64,000 bases of DNA from an uncultured Methanosarcinaceae archaeon (GTDB lineage Archaea > Halobacteriota > Methanosarcinia > Methanosarcinales > Methanosarcinaceae), in the NCBI GenBank assembly GCA_963847185.1, contig CAWJYV010000008.1, positions 416,001-480,000 on the forward strand, given 5' to 3'. The notes under the pieces are model-generated. The model saw nothing but the letters and a program-made list of their open reading frames with translations. It was not told where the DNA came from and did not search any database. Position 1 is the stretch's first letter; each line of letters opens with the position of its first letter. A program made the position numbers and the translations under genes. Positions 1-8,936 of this stretch are shown here, piece by piece.

Positions 1-2
1 AT

Positions 3-1399
3 GTTTCAATTAACACTCTCACAATTAACAATCTCACAACAGTTAGCAATGGACTGGATGCAAATGGGCAGGATGCAGGAAGTGCCGAAAATAGCGCCGA
101 AAATTGCACCGATACCAAAGTTGTCCGTAAATTATCGGGTTCCAAGCACTCTAGTCACAGTAATGCGGCCACAGCAGCAAGTACCGCAGCAGCGAGTGCT
201 ACAGCAGCAAGTACCGCAGCAGCGAGTACTACACCAAGCAGTACCATAAATAGTGGAGATTATGCAGGGAGCAGATCATATAATGGAACTGATGCAGGAA
301 ATACCGTAAATAATGGTACTTACGCAGCAGCAACCTTTAATAATGGTACTTACGCAGGAGCAATCTTCAACTATGGAGTATACGCAGGCTCCAGATTTTA
401 TGGTGATGAGGCAGGAAACACTGAAAACAGTGGGGAATCTGCAGCAAGCACCTATAATGATGCAGATGGGTCAGGAAGCACCTATAATGATGGTGAGAAT
501 GCAGGCTCCAGAGCTTACGAGGGGTCAGGAGCAGGAAGCACCATAAATAACGGTGATGATGCAGGCGCCTACCACAATATTGGGGATGAATCATACGCCT
601 ACGTCAATTACGGGGATGAATCAGGTGCCAAAAATTATGTTGGGGATGAAGCAGGAAACTTCGAAAATAACGGTGAAAATGCAGGAAGCAGCTATAATGA
701 GGGTGGTACAGCAGGTGGCTACCTCAATAACGGTGAGGAATCAGGCTCCAGAAATTATGCTGAGGATTCAGGAAACACCATTAATAATGGGGGAGCTGCA
801 GGAAGCACCTATAACAGTGGTGGTGTAGCAGGCGGTAACCTTAATAACGGAGATGGATCAGGTTCCAGAAATTATGCTGGATCAGGAGCAGGAAGCACCG
901 TAAATAATGGTGATGGAGCAGGAAGCACCATTAATAATGGGGGAGCTGCAGGAAGCACTGTAAACAATGGAGCGATAGCAGGTTCCAGAAATTATGGTGA
1001 GAATCAGGAAACACCTATAATAATGGAGTTGTAGCAGGAAGCACTGTAAATAATGGTATTGTAGCAGGAAGCACCGTAAATAATGCTGAGGATGCAGGCT
1101 CCAGAAATTATGAGGAGAATGGAGGAAACACCGTAAATATTGGTGAGAATTCTGGAAGCACCATCAATAATGGTGATAATGCAGGAAGCACCAACAATAA
1201 TGCGGAAGATGCAGGCTCCAGAAATTATGAGGAGAATGGAGGAAACACCGAAAATAACGGGGAGAATGCAGGAAGCACCAACAATAATGGTGAGAATGCA
1301 GGAAAAACCGAAAATGAAGGTGAGAATTCAGGAAGCAGAACATATAATGGGGATAATTCAGGAAATACCATAACCAATAATTATAACACAACCGTATAA
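3..1399 (+). pseudogene. 3' part of an Asn/Gly/Ala/Ser-rich ~10-aa tandem repeat protein (start lies outside the window), with a -1 frameshift at ~1005
   Basis: Frame 3 is open from 3 to TAG 1032-1034 and reads ...AGSTVNNGDGAGSTINNGGAAGSTVNNGAIAGSRNYGEN. The same repeat continues in frame 2 from 1004 (SGNTYNNGVVAGSTVNN...) to TAA 1397-1399. The short QEAP-rich ORFs in the track are shadow frames and shift frame at the same point. Confidence 0.8.
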
Positions 1400-1608
1400 T
1401 GAGCAGAACTAAATACAAAACGTAAGTATTCAACCTGAGAAAAACGAGATCAATAGCAATCTAAATTAAGATGCAATCAGCAAATTTCAGTGGGCTGGTT
1501 CTCTTTAATTATGAGCTATTGATCTTTTTTTTGGTTTTTAATTTCTCTCTCTTTTTTCTATGGGATACTATGAAGGGATTAAGGTTAACAACACTTGCTA
1601 GTTCCCTC

Positions 1609-1677
1609 TAAAGAATATCAAAAGAATATCAAAAGAATATCAAAGAGAATGTCAAGAGAATGTCAAGAGAATGTCAA
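1609..1677. repeat. 11-bp tandem minisatellite (AAAGAATATCA changing to AGAGAATGTCA, ~6 units)
   Basis: Seen directly in the sequence. Confidence 0.85.
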
Positions 1678-1856
1678 AAATTTTTTTCATTGAGTGTGGT
1701 CCAGGATAATTCACTCTAAATTCATCGCGTGACGTTCCTGACAATATTTATAAAATTCTGTTAATAGTACTGTTTTTATTCATATGTATTTTCATAAAAA
1801 TTGTTTGTTTATTCATTCATTACAAAATATGTAGAAATGAAAGTAATTTGGTCGAC

Positions 1857-2170
1857 ATTTACTTAATTCTACTTTTTGGGAGGCTCCGCCAGATATACTG
1901 GCGGGGGTACTCTATAATGTGTAAATTAAAAACAGTTCTGAGTCAATAGAAATATTCCTAATCTCGCAGGTTTTCAGCGTATTCCGGAACCTGCTTTATC
2001 CCTTATTTTATCTCTTTGTCTGGCATCAGGGCTGCTACAATCTCTGCACAATCATTGGCGCATCATGCCGTTTGATTCGACTCCGCAGAGTTGTCGAGTT
2101 TTACAAAGTCCGCCTACTTCATCAAGGGAAGGATTTCTTTTTATTCGGTCTCTTCAGCTTTTGCTTTTTC
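1857..2170 (-). pseudogene. Degenerate duplicate of the metG 3' end plus downstream intergenic DNA (direct repeat of 8814-9323)
   Basis: Exact 25-mer GCATCATGCCGTTTGATTCGACTCC at 2060-2084 and 9017-9041. Exact 20-mer TCTTCAGCTTTTGCTTTTTC at 2151-2170 and 9304-9323. Stop-codon context TTCAGCGTATTC and hairpin CCGCCAGATA(T/A)ACTGGCGG are shared. About 180 bp (~9050-9230) are deleted in the copy. Confidence 0.9.
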
Positions 2171-2275
2171 TGATTATTTTCCAGTTAGGTACCGAAAATT
2201 TTAGCTTGTACGTTTAGTGTCTTATGCAATCAAAGCAAAAGCTTTAATTGTATTTGAGTACTTATTCATAAGTAC

Positions 2276-2295
2276 ATATGAGCAGATGTTCATAT
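2276..2295. promoter_or_regulatory. SmtB/CadC-type operator
   Basis: ATATGAGCA-GA-TGTTCATAT inverted repeat (8/9 match) about 40 nt upstream of the ArsR/SmtB gene; resembles known SmtB/CadC/CzrA boxes. Confidence 0.75.
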
Positions 2296-2335
2296 ATCAA
2301 TATGTTTAAAATTTACTTATATTGGAGAATTAGCT

Positions 2336-2689
2336 GTGGTTGAACTGGATAGGTGTGAGATCAATTGTATACACGATGAGGCGGTAAAAGCAGTACGTGA
2401 GGCTCTATTTAGTGAAGATATAGCTATTTCGCTGGCAGAACTTTTCAAGGCCCTGGGAGACCCGACAAGAGTGAAAATCTTGTTTTCCTTAATGACCAGA
2501 GAACTTTGTGTTTGTGACCTTTCAGCTGTCATAGGTGTTTCTGACTCGGCAGTATCTCACCAGCTTAAAATTCTCAGGACTTTACGTCTTGTCAAGTTCC
2601 GGAGAGAAGGCAAGATCCTGTATTATTCACTGGCTGACGATCATGTTGAGAAACTGTTTGCTCAGGGACTGGAGCATGTTACCGAATAA
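2336..2689 (+). CDS. ArsR/SmtB (CadC-like) metal-sensing repressor
   Basis: LFKALGDPTRVKIL, ELCVCDL, SAVSHQLKILR, YYSLADDHV motifs; N-terminal CEINCIH. Confidence 0.93.
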   Translation: MVELDRCEINCIHDEAVKAVREALFSEDIAISLAELFKALGDPTRVKILFSLMTRELCVCDLSAVIGVSDSAVSHQLKILRTLRLVKFRREGKILYYSLADDHVEKLFAQGLEHVTE

Positions 2690-2735
2690 AGCCGAAAAGA
2701 ACGAAGAATAATTTATGGCCGAGGGGGCATAAAGA

Positions 2736-5090
2736 ACGGAACCAACAGTATCATCTAAATTTCTCGTAACAGGCCTGGATTGTGCGGATTGCGCGGCCAA
2801 AGTGGAAAAAGCCGTTAAACGTATCCCTGGAGTTATTAATGCTTCAATCGTTTTCCCCGCTGGAAGACTCGACGTAGATTATGATCCTCAACAAACTGGT
2901 ACTACTCAAGTGATAGACAAAGTTAAAAAATTAGGTTACGAGGCACAGGAAGATAGGGAAAAAATATCAGATGTTTCTCAAACCACTGATTTTTGCATCA
3001 TAGGAATGGATTGTGCGGACTGTGCAGCTAAGCTGGAAAAACGTATTTCCAGAGTCCCTGGAGTCGAGATCGCGCAAGTAAATTTTGGCGCTTCTAAAAT
3101 GACAGTAACTCATAGTGGGCCAGTGGCAGAAATCCTGTCAACAATTGAAAAAATGGGTTACTCAGGGAAAGTGGATGAAGATCTTCGGATAAAGAATGAA
3201 CCAACCAGTTTTTGGAAATCAAATCAGTACGTCAAGCCCACAGTGATTTCTTTAATTATGCTGGTCTCCGGGCTTATTGCTGGGAGGCTGGAAGCACAGG
3301 AATTGATAGTCAATGGATTCTTTCTGACCGGGATTTTCCTAGGTGGTTTTCTACCAGCTAAGAACGGCATTTCCGTGCTAGTTAATGCCCGAGAATTTGA
3401 CATGAATTTCCTGATGACCATAGCAGTACTCGGTGCATCAGTACTCGGCACGTTTGAAGAAGCTGCAACGGTTGTATTTCTTTTCTCTTTCGGAAACGCT
3501 CTTCAGGGCTATACCCTCGATAAAACGAGGAATTCCATTAGGGCTTTAATGGAAATCACACCAAATGAGGCTTTAGTCAGGCGAGGAACGACTGAAATAA
3601 AGTTGCCTGTAAAAGAAATCGTAATCGGAGACATTATTATCGTTCTCCCGGGTGAAAGAATTGCTATGGATGGTGAAGTATCTACTGGTTATTCTACTGT
3701 AAATGAGGCCCCAATCACAGGAGAGTCTATCCCTGTGGAGAAACAAGCTGGGGATGAGATATATGCGGGAACGATCAACGAACGCGGTTCGCTTGAGATC
3801 AAAGTTACCAAACTAGCCAAGGATAATACAATATCCAGAATTATTCATATGGTAGAGGAAGCTCAGGGACAGAGGGCGCCATCTCAGCAATTTGTTGATA
3901 AGTTTGCGAAATATTATACTCCTCTTGTCATAGTTCTGGCTGTTCTGGTTGCTGCGGTGCCCCCATTGATTTTCGGACAACCTTTCGAGAAGTGGTTTTA
4001 CGAGGCAATGGCTATGCTTTTGGTAGCGTGCCCTTGCGCATTGGTAATCTCCACACCTGTATCTATCGTATCCGCAATCGGTAACGCAGCAAAAAACGGT
4101 GTACTCATTAAAGGGGGTGTGTACCTGGAAGAAGCCGGGGCTTTGTCAGTTATTGCCTTTGACAAAACCGGTACTCTTACAGAGGGAAAACCACAGGTAA
4201 CTGATATCATTCCTATTGATGGCATCCCGGATAAGGAATTCTTATCAATAGCATCAGCAATTGAAAGTCGGTCAGAACATCCTCTGGCTGATGCAATTGT
4301 CAAATCCGCTAAAGAACACGGAGCCGAAATATCTATCATATCTGCATTTGAGGCGATTCCTGGCAAAGGGGCCAGAGCAATAGTTCAGGGTAAGACTTAT
4401 CAGATCGGAAATTCGAGGCTCTTTACAGAGCAGGGAATAGATCTGAATCATGTGGGGGATGAAGTTTCACGTCTTCAGAATGAAGGGAAAACTGTAATGA
4501 TACTCGGAGATGACAAACGAATTCTGGGCCTCATTGCTGTGGCTGATATATTGCGGGAAAATTCCGGACAGGCTATCAATAAGCTGAAAAAGGCAGGTAT
4601 TAAAAAAGTCATTATGCTCACTGGAGATAATGAAAGCACAGCTCGTGCTATTGCCACAAAATCAGGAGTCGATGATTTCCGAGCAGACCTATTACCTGAA
4701 GACAAGGTAGATGCAATTAAGAGCCTTCTTGCTGAGCATGGCAAGGTAGCTATGGTGGGAGATGGTGTCAATGATGCACCTGCTATGGCAATATCCACAG
4801 TCGGCATTGCAATGGGAGCTGCAGGCACTGACACCGCACTTGAAACTGCAGATATTGCCTTGATGGCAGACGATCTTACAAAACTGACCGACACAATCCG
4901 ACTGAGCAGGAAAACGCTGGGCATCATCAAACAAAACATTGCTTTTGCGTTGATAATCAAAGGATTAATTCTTCTGCTGGTCATTCCAGGATGGCTAACT
5001 ATGTGGATGGCTGTAATAGGAGATATGGGCAGCTCACTTCTGGTTACTCTGAATGCAATGAGATTATTGAGAGTAAAACACGAGGACTAA
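2736..5090 (+). CDS. cadA: P1B-type Zn/Cd/Pb-exporting ATPase (CadA/ZntA-like) with two HMA domains; probable start ACG 2736
   Basis: TGES, CPC, DKTGT, SEHP and GDGVNDAP motifs; GMDCADC. The first HMA motif GLDCADC lies in frame upstream of the track's GTG 2802. Confidence 0.92.
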   Translation, partial: TEPTVSSKFLVTGLDCADCAAKVEKAVKRIPGVINASIVFPAGRLDVDYDPQQTGTTQVIDKVKKLGYEAQEDREKISDVSQTTDFCIIGMDCADCAAKLEKRISRVPGVEIAQVNFGASKMTVTHSGPVAEILSTIEKMGYSGKVDEDLRIKNEPTSFWKSNQYVKPTVISLIMLVSGLIAGRLEAQELIVNGFFLTGIFLGGFLPAKNGISVLVNAREFDMNFLMTIAVLGASVLGTFEEAATVVFLFSFGNALQGYTLDKTRNSIRALMEITPNEALVRRGTTEIKLPVKEIVIGDIIIVLPGERIAMDGEVSTGYSTVNEAPITGESIPVEKQAGDEIYAGTINERGSLEIKVTKLAKDNTISRIIHMVEEAQGQRAPSQQFVDKFAKYYTPLVIVLAVLVAAVPPLIFGQPFEKWFYEAMAMLLVACPCALVISTPVSIVSAIGNAAKNGVLIKGGVYLEEAGALSVIAFDKTGTLTEGKPQVTDIIPIDGIPDKEFLSIASAIESRSEHPLADAIVKSAKEHGAEISIISAFEAIPGKGARAIVQGKTYQIGNSRLFTEQGIDLNHVGDEVSRLQNEGKTVMILGDDKRILGLIAVADILRENSGQAINKLKKAGIKKVIMLTGDNESTARAIATKSGVDDFRADLLPEDKVDAIKSLLAEHGKVAMVGDGVNDAPAMAISTVGIAMGAAGTDTALETADIALMADDLTKLTDTIRLSRKTLGIIKQNIAFALIIKGLILLLVIPGWLTMWMAVIGDMGSSLLVTLNAMRLLRVKHED

Positions 5091-5132
5091 ACCTGAATCT
5101 ACGATCTAAAGAATAAAAAAGGAGTAAGAAAG

Positions 5133-5333
5133 ATGGAAACTTTAAAGGTATTAGGTGTGGACTGCAACAACTGTGCAGCGAATGTGCGTAAAGCCCTGGA
5201 GGGCATTAATGGCATCGAAAAGCTTGACATAAGGCTTTCAGATAAAATAGCGGTGGTGACCTTTGATCCTGACAAGGTTGGCAGGCAGGAAATTACTGAA
5301 AATGTGGAAGATTTCGGCTTCGAAGTGGAATAA
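5133..5333 (+). CDS. HMA-domain metal chaperone (CopZ-like)
   Basis: 66 aa with GVDCNNC; GGAG RBS; follows cadA. Confidence 0.88.
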   Translation: METLKVLGVDCNNCAANVRKALEGINGIEKLDIRLSDKIAVVTFDPDKVGRQEITENVEDFGFEVE

Positions 5334-5452
5334 ACAGCATATACATTTGTGGTTCTGGTAACTCCATCCCTCAATATTTTTAATTATTTGACAAGTTAAT
5401 TAATTAAATCCCCACCCCTCTTGAGATTTGAGCTTTTTCATTTTTCAATTTG

Positions 5453-7030
5453 TTACTTTTTGACTACTATATATCCCGACATAGTTTTAGCATTGCTGCC
5501 AGCTTTATTAGTTGATGTCAGGGTAACAGTATATTTCCCAACTTTACTGTAAATGTGAGAAGGATTCTTAGATGTTGAATAAGTTCCATCTCCAAAGCTC
5601 CATTTCCATGAAGTTGGACTGTTAGTGCTTCTGTCAGTGAACTGTACTTTCAATGGAGCTTTTCCTGATACAGGAGATGCAGTGAATGCGGCTAAAGGAG
5701 CTTTTACAGGAGCCGCTTTTACAGTTATGTAATTTGTTTTTATTTCTGTGTCCTTGCCTGCTGCATTACTTACGGTCTCTTTCACCGTATAAGTTCCAGG
5801 TTTTGTATAGGTATATGTTGGATTATACTGAGTTACCAGAGCAGATCCATCTCCAAAGCTCCATTTCCATGCGGTTGGTGATCCTGTACTTTTGTCAGTA
5901 AATGTTACTTTCAAAGGGGCATTTCCTGAAGTAGTGGAAGCATAAAAATCAGCAGTCGGGAGGCTTGAACCATAACTAAGGGTGCCCATGTAAATATCAT
6001 AGCTTCCTTTATATCCATCTGCCCAGACTATTCTATTATTGTAGATAGCTGGATTCACCTGATATGGATCACTTGCCTCATAGTCTGGATCATCCCCATG
6101 ATAGTCTTCCCAAGGGGTGATTAAGGTTTCCTCATGAGTGGAAAGATTATACATGAAGATATCCGTGTTGCCTGATGCATCATCACGGTTGTCCTGATAC
6201 ACTATCCTGTCACCGTAAATATCAGGCTCACATGCATATCCGCTGGTGGTTATTTGAATCTCCTTCTGAGTGGATAGGTCGTACATGTAGATATCGTGGC
6301 TATCGTAGTTTCCATTGCGATCATCTTCCCACACTATCTTATTATTGTAGATAGCAGGCCTGTATGCAAATCCGCTGGTAGTTATTTGAGTCTCCTTCTG
6401 AGTGGATAGGTCGTACATGTAGATATTCCCGCCCCAAGGCGAATCTTGCCACACTATCCGGTTACCAAAGATGTCTGGACAGATTGCAGGTCCACTGGTG
6501 ATGATCCGAATCTCCTTCTTAGTGGAAAGATCATACATGTAGAGATTCCAGTTTTCAATATAATTACCATTTTCATCTAGTGTTCCTCCATTGCGTCCAT
6601 CTTCCCACACTATTTTGGTACCATAAATTACAGGAGAACACTGATTTGAATTATTGGTGGTGATCCGAGTTTGCTTTTTAGTGGAGATGTCTTGCATATA
6701 GATATCGCTATTTCCATTGCGCTTATCTTCCCATACCACAGTGTTCCCGTAGATATCAGGATGTGTCTGATCTGATAAATTGGTGGTGCAGGTTTCCTTG
6801 TGAGTTGAAAGATTGTATATGTAGATATCCCAATTTTCATTGCGCTTATCCTGCCACACTATGTTGTTACCGTAGATAACAGGATTATCTGAATCAAACG
6901 GATTGGTGGTGATCCGAGTTTCAGTAATCGCGGGTGAAGCTGCAGATGCCGTAGATGAAACAAGAATCAAAAATAAAATCAGGGCTGTGGATGCTAAAGC
7001 TATTGAATATAATTTCTTCCTATTTCCCAT
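5453..7030 (-). CDS. Secreted surface protein: TolB-like beta-propeller repeats plus 2 PKD domains
   Basis: Signal peptide; repeats PxIYGxxIVWxDxRNGNxDIYMYDLST; two WSFGDG PKD units. Confidence 0.9.
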   Translation of the reverse strand: MGNRKKLYSIALASTALILFLILVSSTASAASPAITETRITTNPFDSDNPVIYGNNIVWQDKRNENWDIYIYNLSTHKETCTTNLSDQTHPDIYGNTVVWEDKRNGNSDIYMQDISTKKQTRITTNNSNQCSPVIYGTKIVWEDGRNGGTLDENGNYIENWNLYMYDLSTKKEIRIITSGPAICPDIFGNRIVWQDSPWGGNIYMYDLSTQKETQITTSGFAYRPAIYNNKIVWEDDRNGNYDSHDIYMYDLSTQKEIQITTSGYACEPDIYGDRIVYQDNRDDASGNTDIFMYNLSTHEETLITPWEDYHGDDPDYEASDPYQVNPAIYNNRIVWADGYKGSYDIYMGTLSYGSSLPTADFYASTTSGNAPLKVTFTDKSTGSPTAWKWSFGDGSALVTQYNPTYTYTKPGTYTVKETVSNAAGKDTEIKTNYITVKAAPVKAPLAAFTASPVSGKAPLKVQFTDRSTNSPTSWKWSFGDGTYSTSKNPSHIYSKVGKYTVTLTSTNKAGSNAKTMSGYIVVKK

Positions 7031-7153
7031 TTTATTCCTCCTTCCATATTCTCATCAACAAATTTAATACTTATATTCAGGCTTTATACACAAGCTTAAA
7101 CCTTTTTTTTTACTGTGAAATTTTTAAAAGTTCTCTAAACGTAATCATTATAT

Positions 7154-7283
7154 GAGCTGATCCCAAAACTCTAAATTGCGTCTCAAAATCCTGTATTCCG
7201 AGTAATCAATTGAGTTTTATATCACGAAAAACAATTCTAATTATTTAATTATTTGAGACTAAAATTTATTTTGGGATGAGCTC
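7154..7283. mobile_element. ~130 bp MITE-like element
   Basis: Terminal inverted repeats GAGCTGATCCCAAAA / TTTTGGGATGAGCTC (14/15 match), subterminal GTCTCAAA / TTTGAGAC, no ORF. Confidence 0.75.
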
Positions 7284-7718
7284 GTTACGAATGTGTCTTT
7301 CTTTGTTGGTTTATTAGTAAGAAAGATAGTTTCCAAAAAAATGTATTAATTTTAAATTTTGGAACGTACTAACTTTGAACTAATTTTTTAATTTTGGTTT
7401 TCAATCACTGCTGCCACATCAAACCAAATTCCAAATGTTACAACTCTTACATTTTTATTTAACTTTTGTGACCAAAGTCTCTAACCATCAGTAGCTTAAT
7501 AATTTTCATAAAGTGATGTGCCGAAAGTTCTGTAAAATTGTTCCTCTCTTAAGGCTCTTTTATTCTGGTTCAAATCCTACAGAATATATAAGTGCTGAAT
7601 CGTTTTTTCATTAAATATACACGATAAAAAGTGCAATTATTACTCTTTCAATTATCTTTTGGAACTGAGTCTTAATAGGTACTTGGTATTTTATCAATAT
7701 TAAAAAGGTGGTTTACTA

Positions 7719-8567
7719 ATGGAACAGCGATACGTTAGGATTGTTGATGGACGATATGAAGCAGATATTGATATTACTGTGGAAGAATGGAAATCAATGC
7801 TTAAAAATCCTAAGATCTTTGGTGAAAAATATTTAGATATGATTTTGAAATGGTATAACGAAATTGACCATCAGGCTACAACACAAGCAGTAATGGAAAA
7901 GTATCCTTCTAATTTGAAAGGGTCTCCATATAATGGATATGTTATTGGTTTGACGAATCGAATTCTAAAATATCTAAATCGATTTGAAGTAATCTATACT
8001 GAAGGGACTCCTGAAGAGGGGAAATCAAAATTCATCGTACCATTTGAAGGGTGGCATGAAAAACACAAAAAAGGGAAGAAAAGTCATTTTATGTGGAAAC
8101 TAAGAGATGAATTAGTTCAGGCATTAGAAGAACTTGATATGGTAGGTGAACAGGTTTTATCATCTGAAGAAGATTTTCTTAAAAAAGAGAGCGAAAATTT
8201 TGAAAAAGCATTACAATTGTCTGATGAAGAATTGCTAGAAAAGATAAAACAAATAGAAGCTAGAAAAGAAAAGAAAAAACCTAAACAAGTAACGTCACAA
8301 AGACAGGATAGGAACGGTTACATCGCAGCATATGCAGTAAGACGAGCGAATGGATTATGCCAACTATGTGGCAATTTAGCTCCTTTTATTAAACCAAGCG
8401 GATATCCGTGTCTAGAAGTTCATCACATTCAATGGTTGTCAAAGGGAGGATTGGACGTTTCTGAAAACACTGTTGCTTTATGTCCAAATTGTCATCGTAA
8501 GATGCATTTTTTGAATTTGAAAGAAAACAGAGATTTTCTGAAGCATTCCGTACAAAAAAATCATTGA
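7719..8567 (+). CDS. HNH endonuclease (McrA-like C-terminus) with uncharacterised N-terminal domain
   Basis: CQLC...LEVHHIQWLSKGGLDVSENTVALCPNCHRKMH; AT-rich. Confidence 0.88.
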   Translation: MEQRYVRIVDGRYEADIDITVEEWKSMLKNPKIFGEKYLDMILKWYNEIDHQATTQAVMEKYPSNLKGSPYNGYVIGLTNRILKYLNRFEVIYTEGTPEEGKSKFIVPFEGWHEKHKKGKKSHFMWKLRDELVQALEELDMVGEQVLSSEEDFLKKESENFEKALQLSDEELLEKIKQIEARKEKKKPKQVTSQRQDRNGYIAAYAVRRANGLCQLCGNLAPFIKPSGYPCLEVHHIQWLSKGGLDVSENTVALCPNCHRKMHFLNLKENRDFLKHSVQKNH

Positions 8568-8885
8568 CTGAGTGTCAAGTCATCACTCACTTAATTATTC
8601 AGGCCTGCTTAATCTGCATGTTTGTGAACTAATGTTAGTACAGATACTATAGGAATAGTTCGTTTCTATCTGCATGTGTATTATGAAATGCAATAAAAGA
8701 AGAGTAATATATAGAGATACTAAAAAGCAATAGCAAAAGGCTTAATTTAATGCATTGCTATTTTAACTTTTTTCAAGTAGTTAGTACTCCCAATAATTCC
8801 AAAAATAACCAAAATTTACTTACTTCTACTTTTTTGGAAGGCGCCGCCAGATAAACTGGCGGAGGCATCCTATATGCGTAGATTC

Positions 8886-8914
8886 AAAAAGACTTCTGGA
8901 TAAGAAGTCTTTTT
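8886..8914 (-). terminator. Hairpin with T-tract downstream of metG
   Basis: AAAAAGACTTCT-GGATA-AGAAGTCTTTTT, perfect 12-bp inverted repeat. Confidence 0.6.
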
Positions 8915-8936
8915 CGTCAAGACGGTTGTAGTTGTT

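Noticed and set aside
1032-1034. Pyrrolysine read-through of TAG in the repeat gene (and of TAG at 33110)
   Set aside because: Another stop follows within five codons (immediately at 33107); a frameshift explains the first case
1-1433. Track ORFs rich in QEAP/M (plus strand) and H/Y/C (minus strand)
   Set aside because: Shadow frames of the real Asn/Gly repeat gene
2171-8813. Intact provirus or ICE
   Set aside because: No integrase, replication, conjugation or virion genes between the repeats
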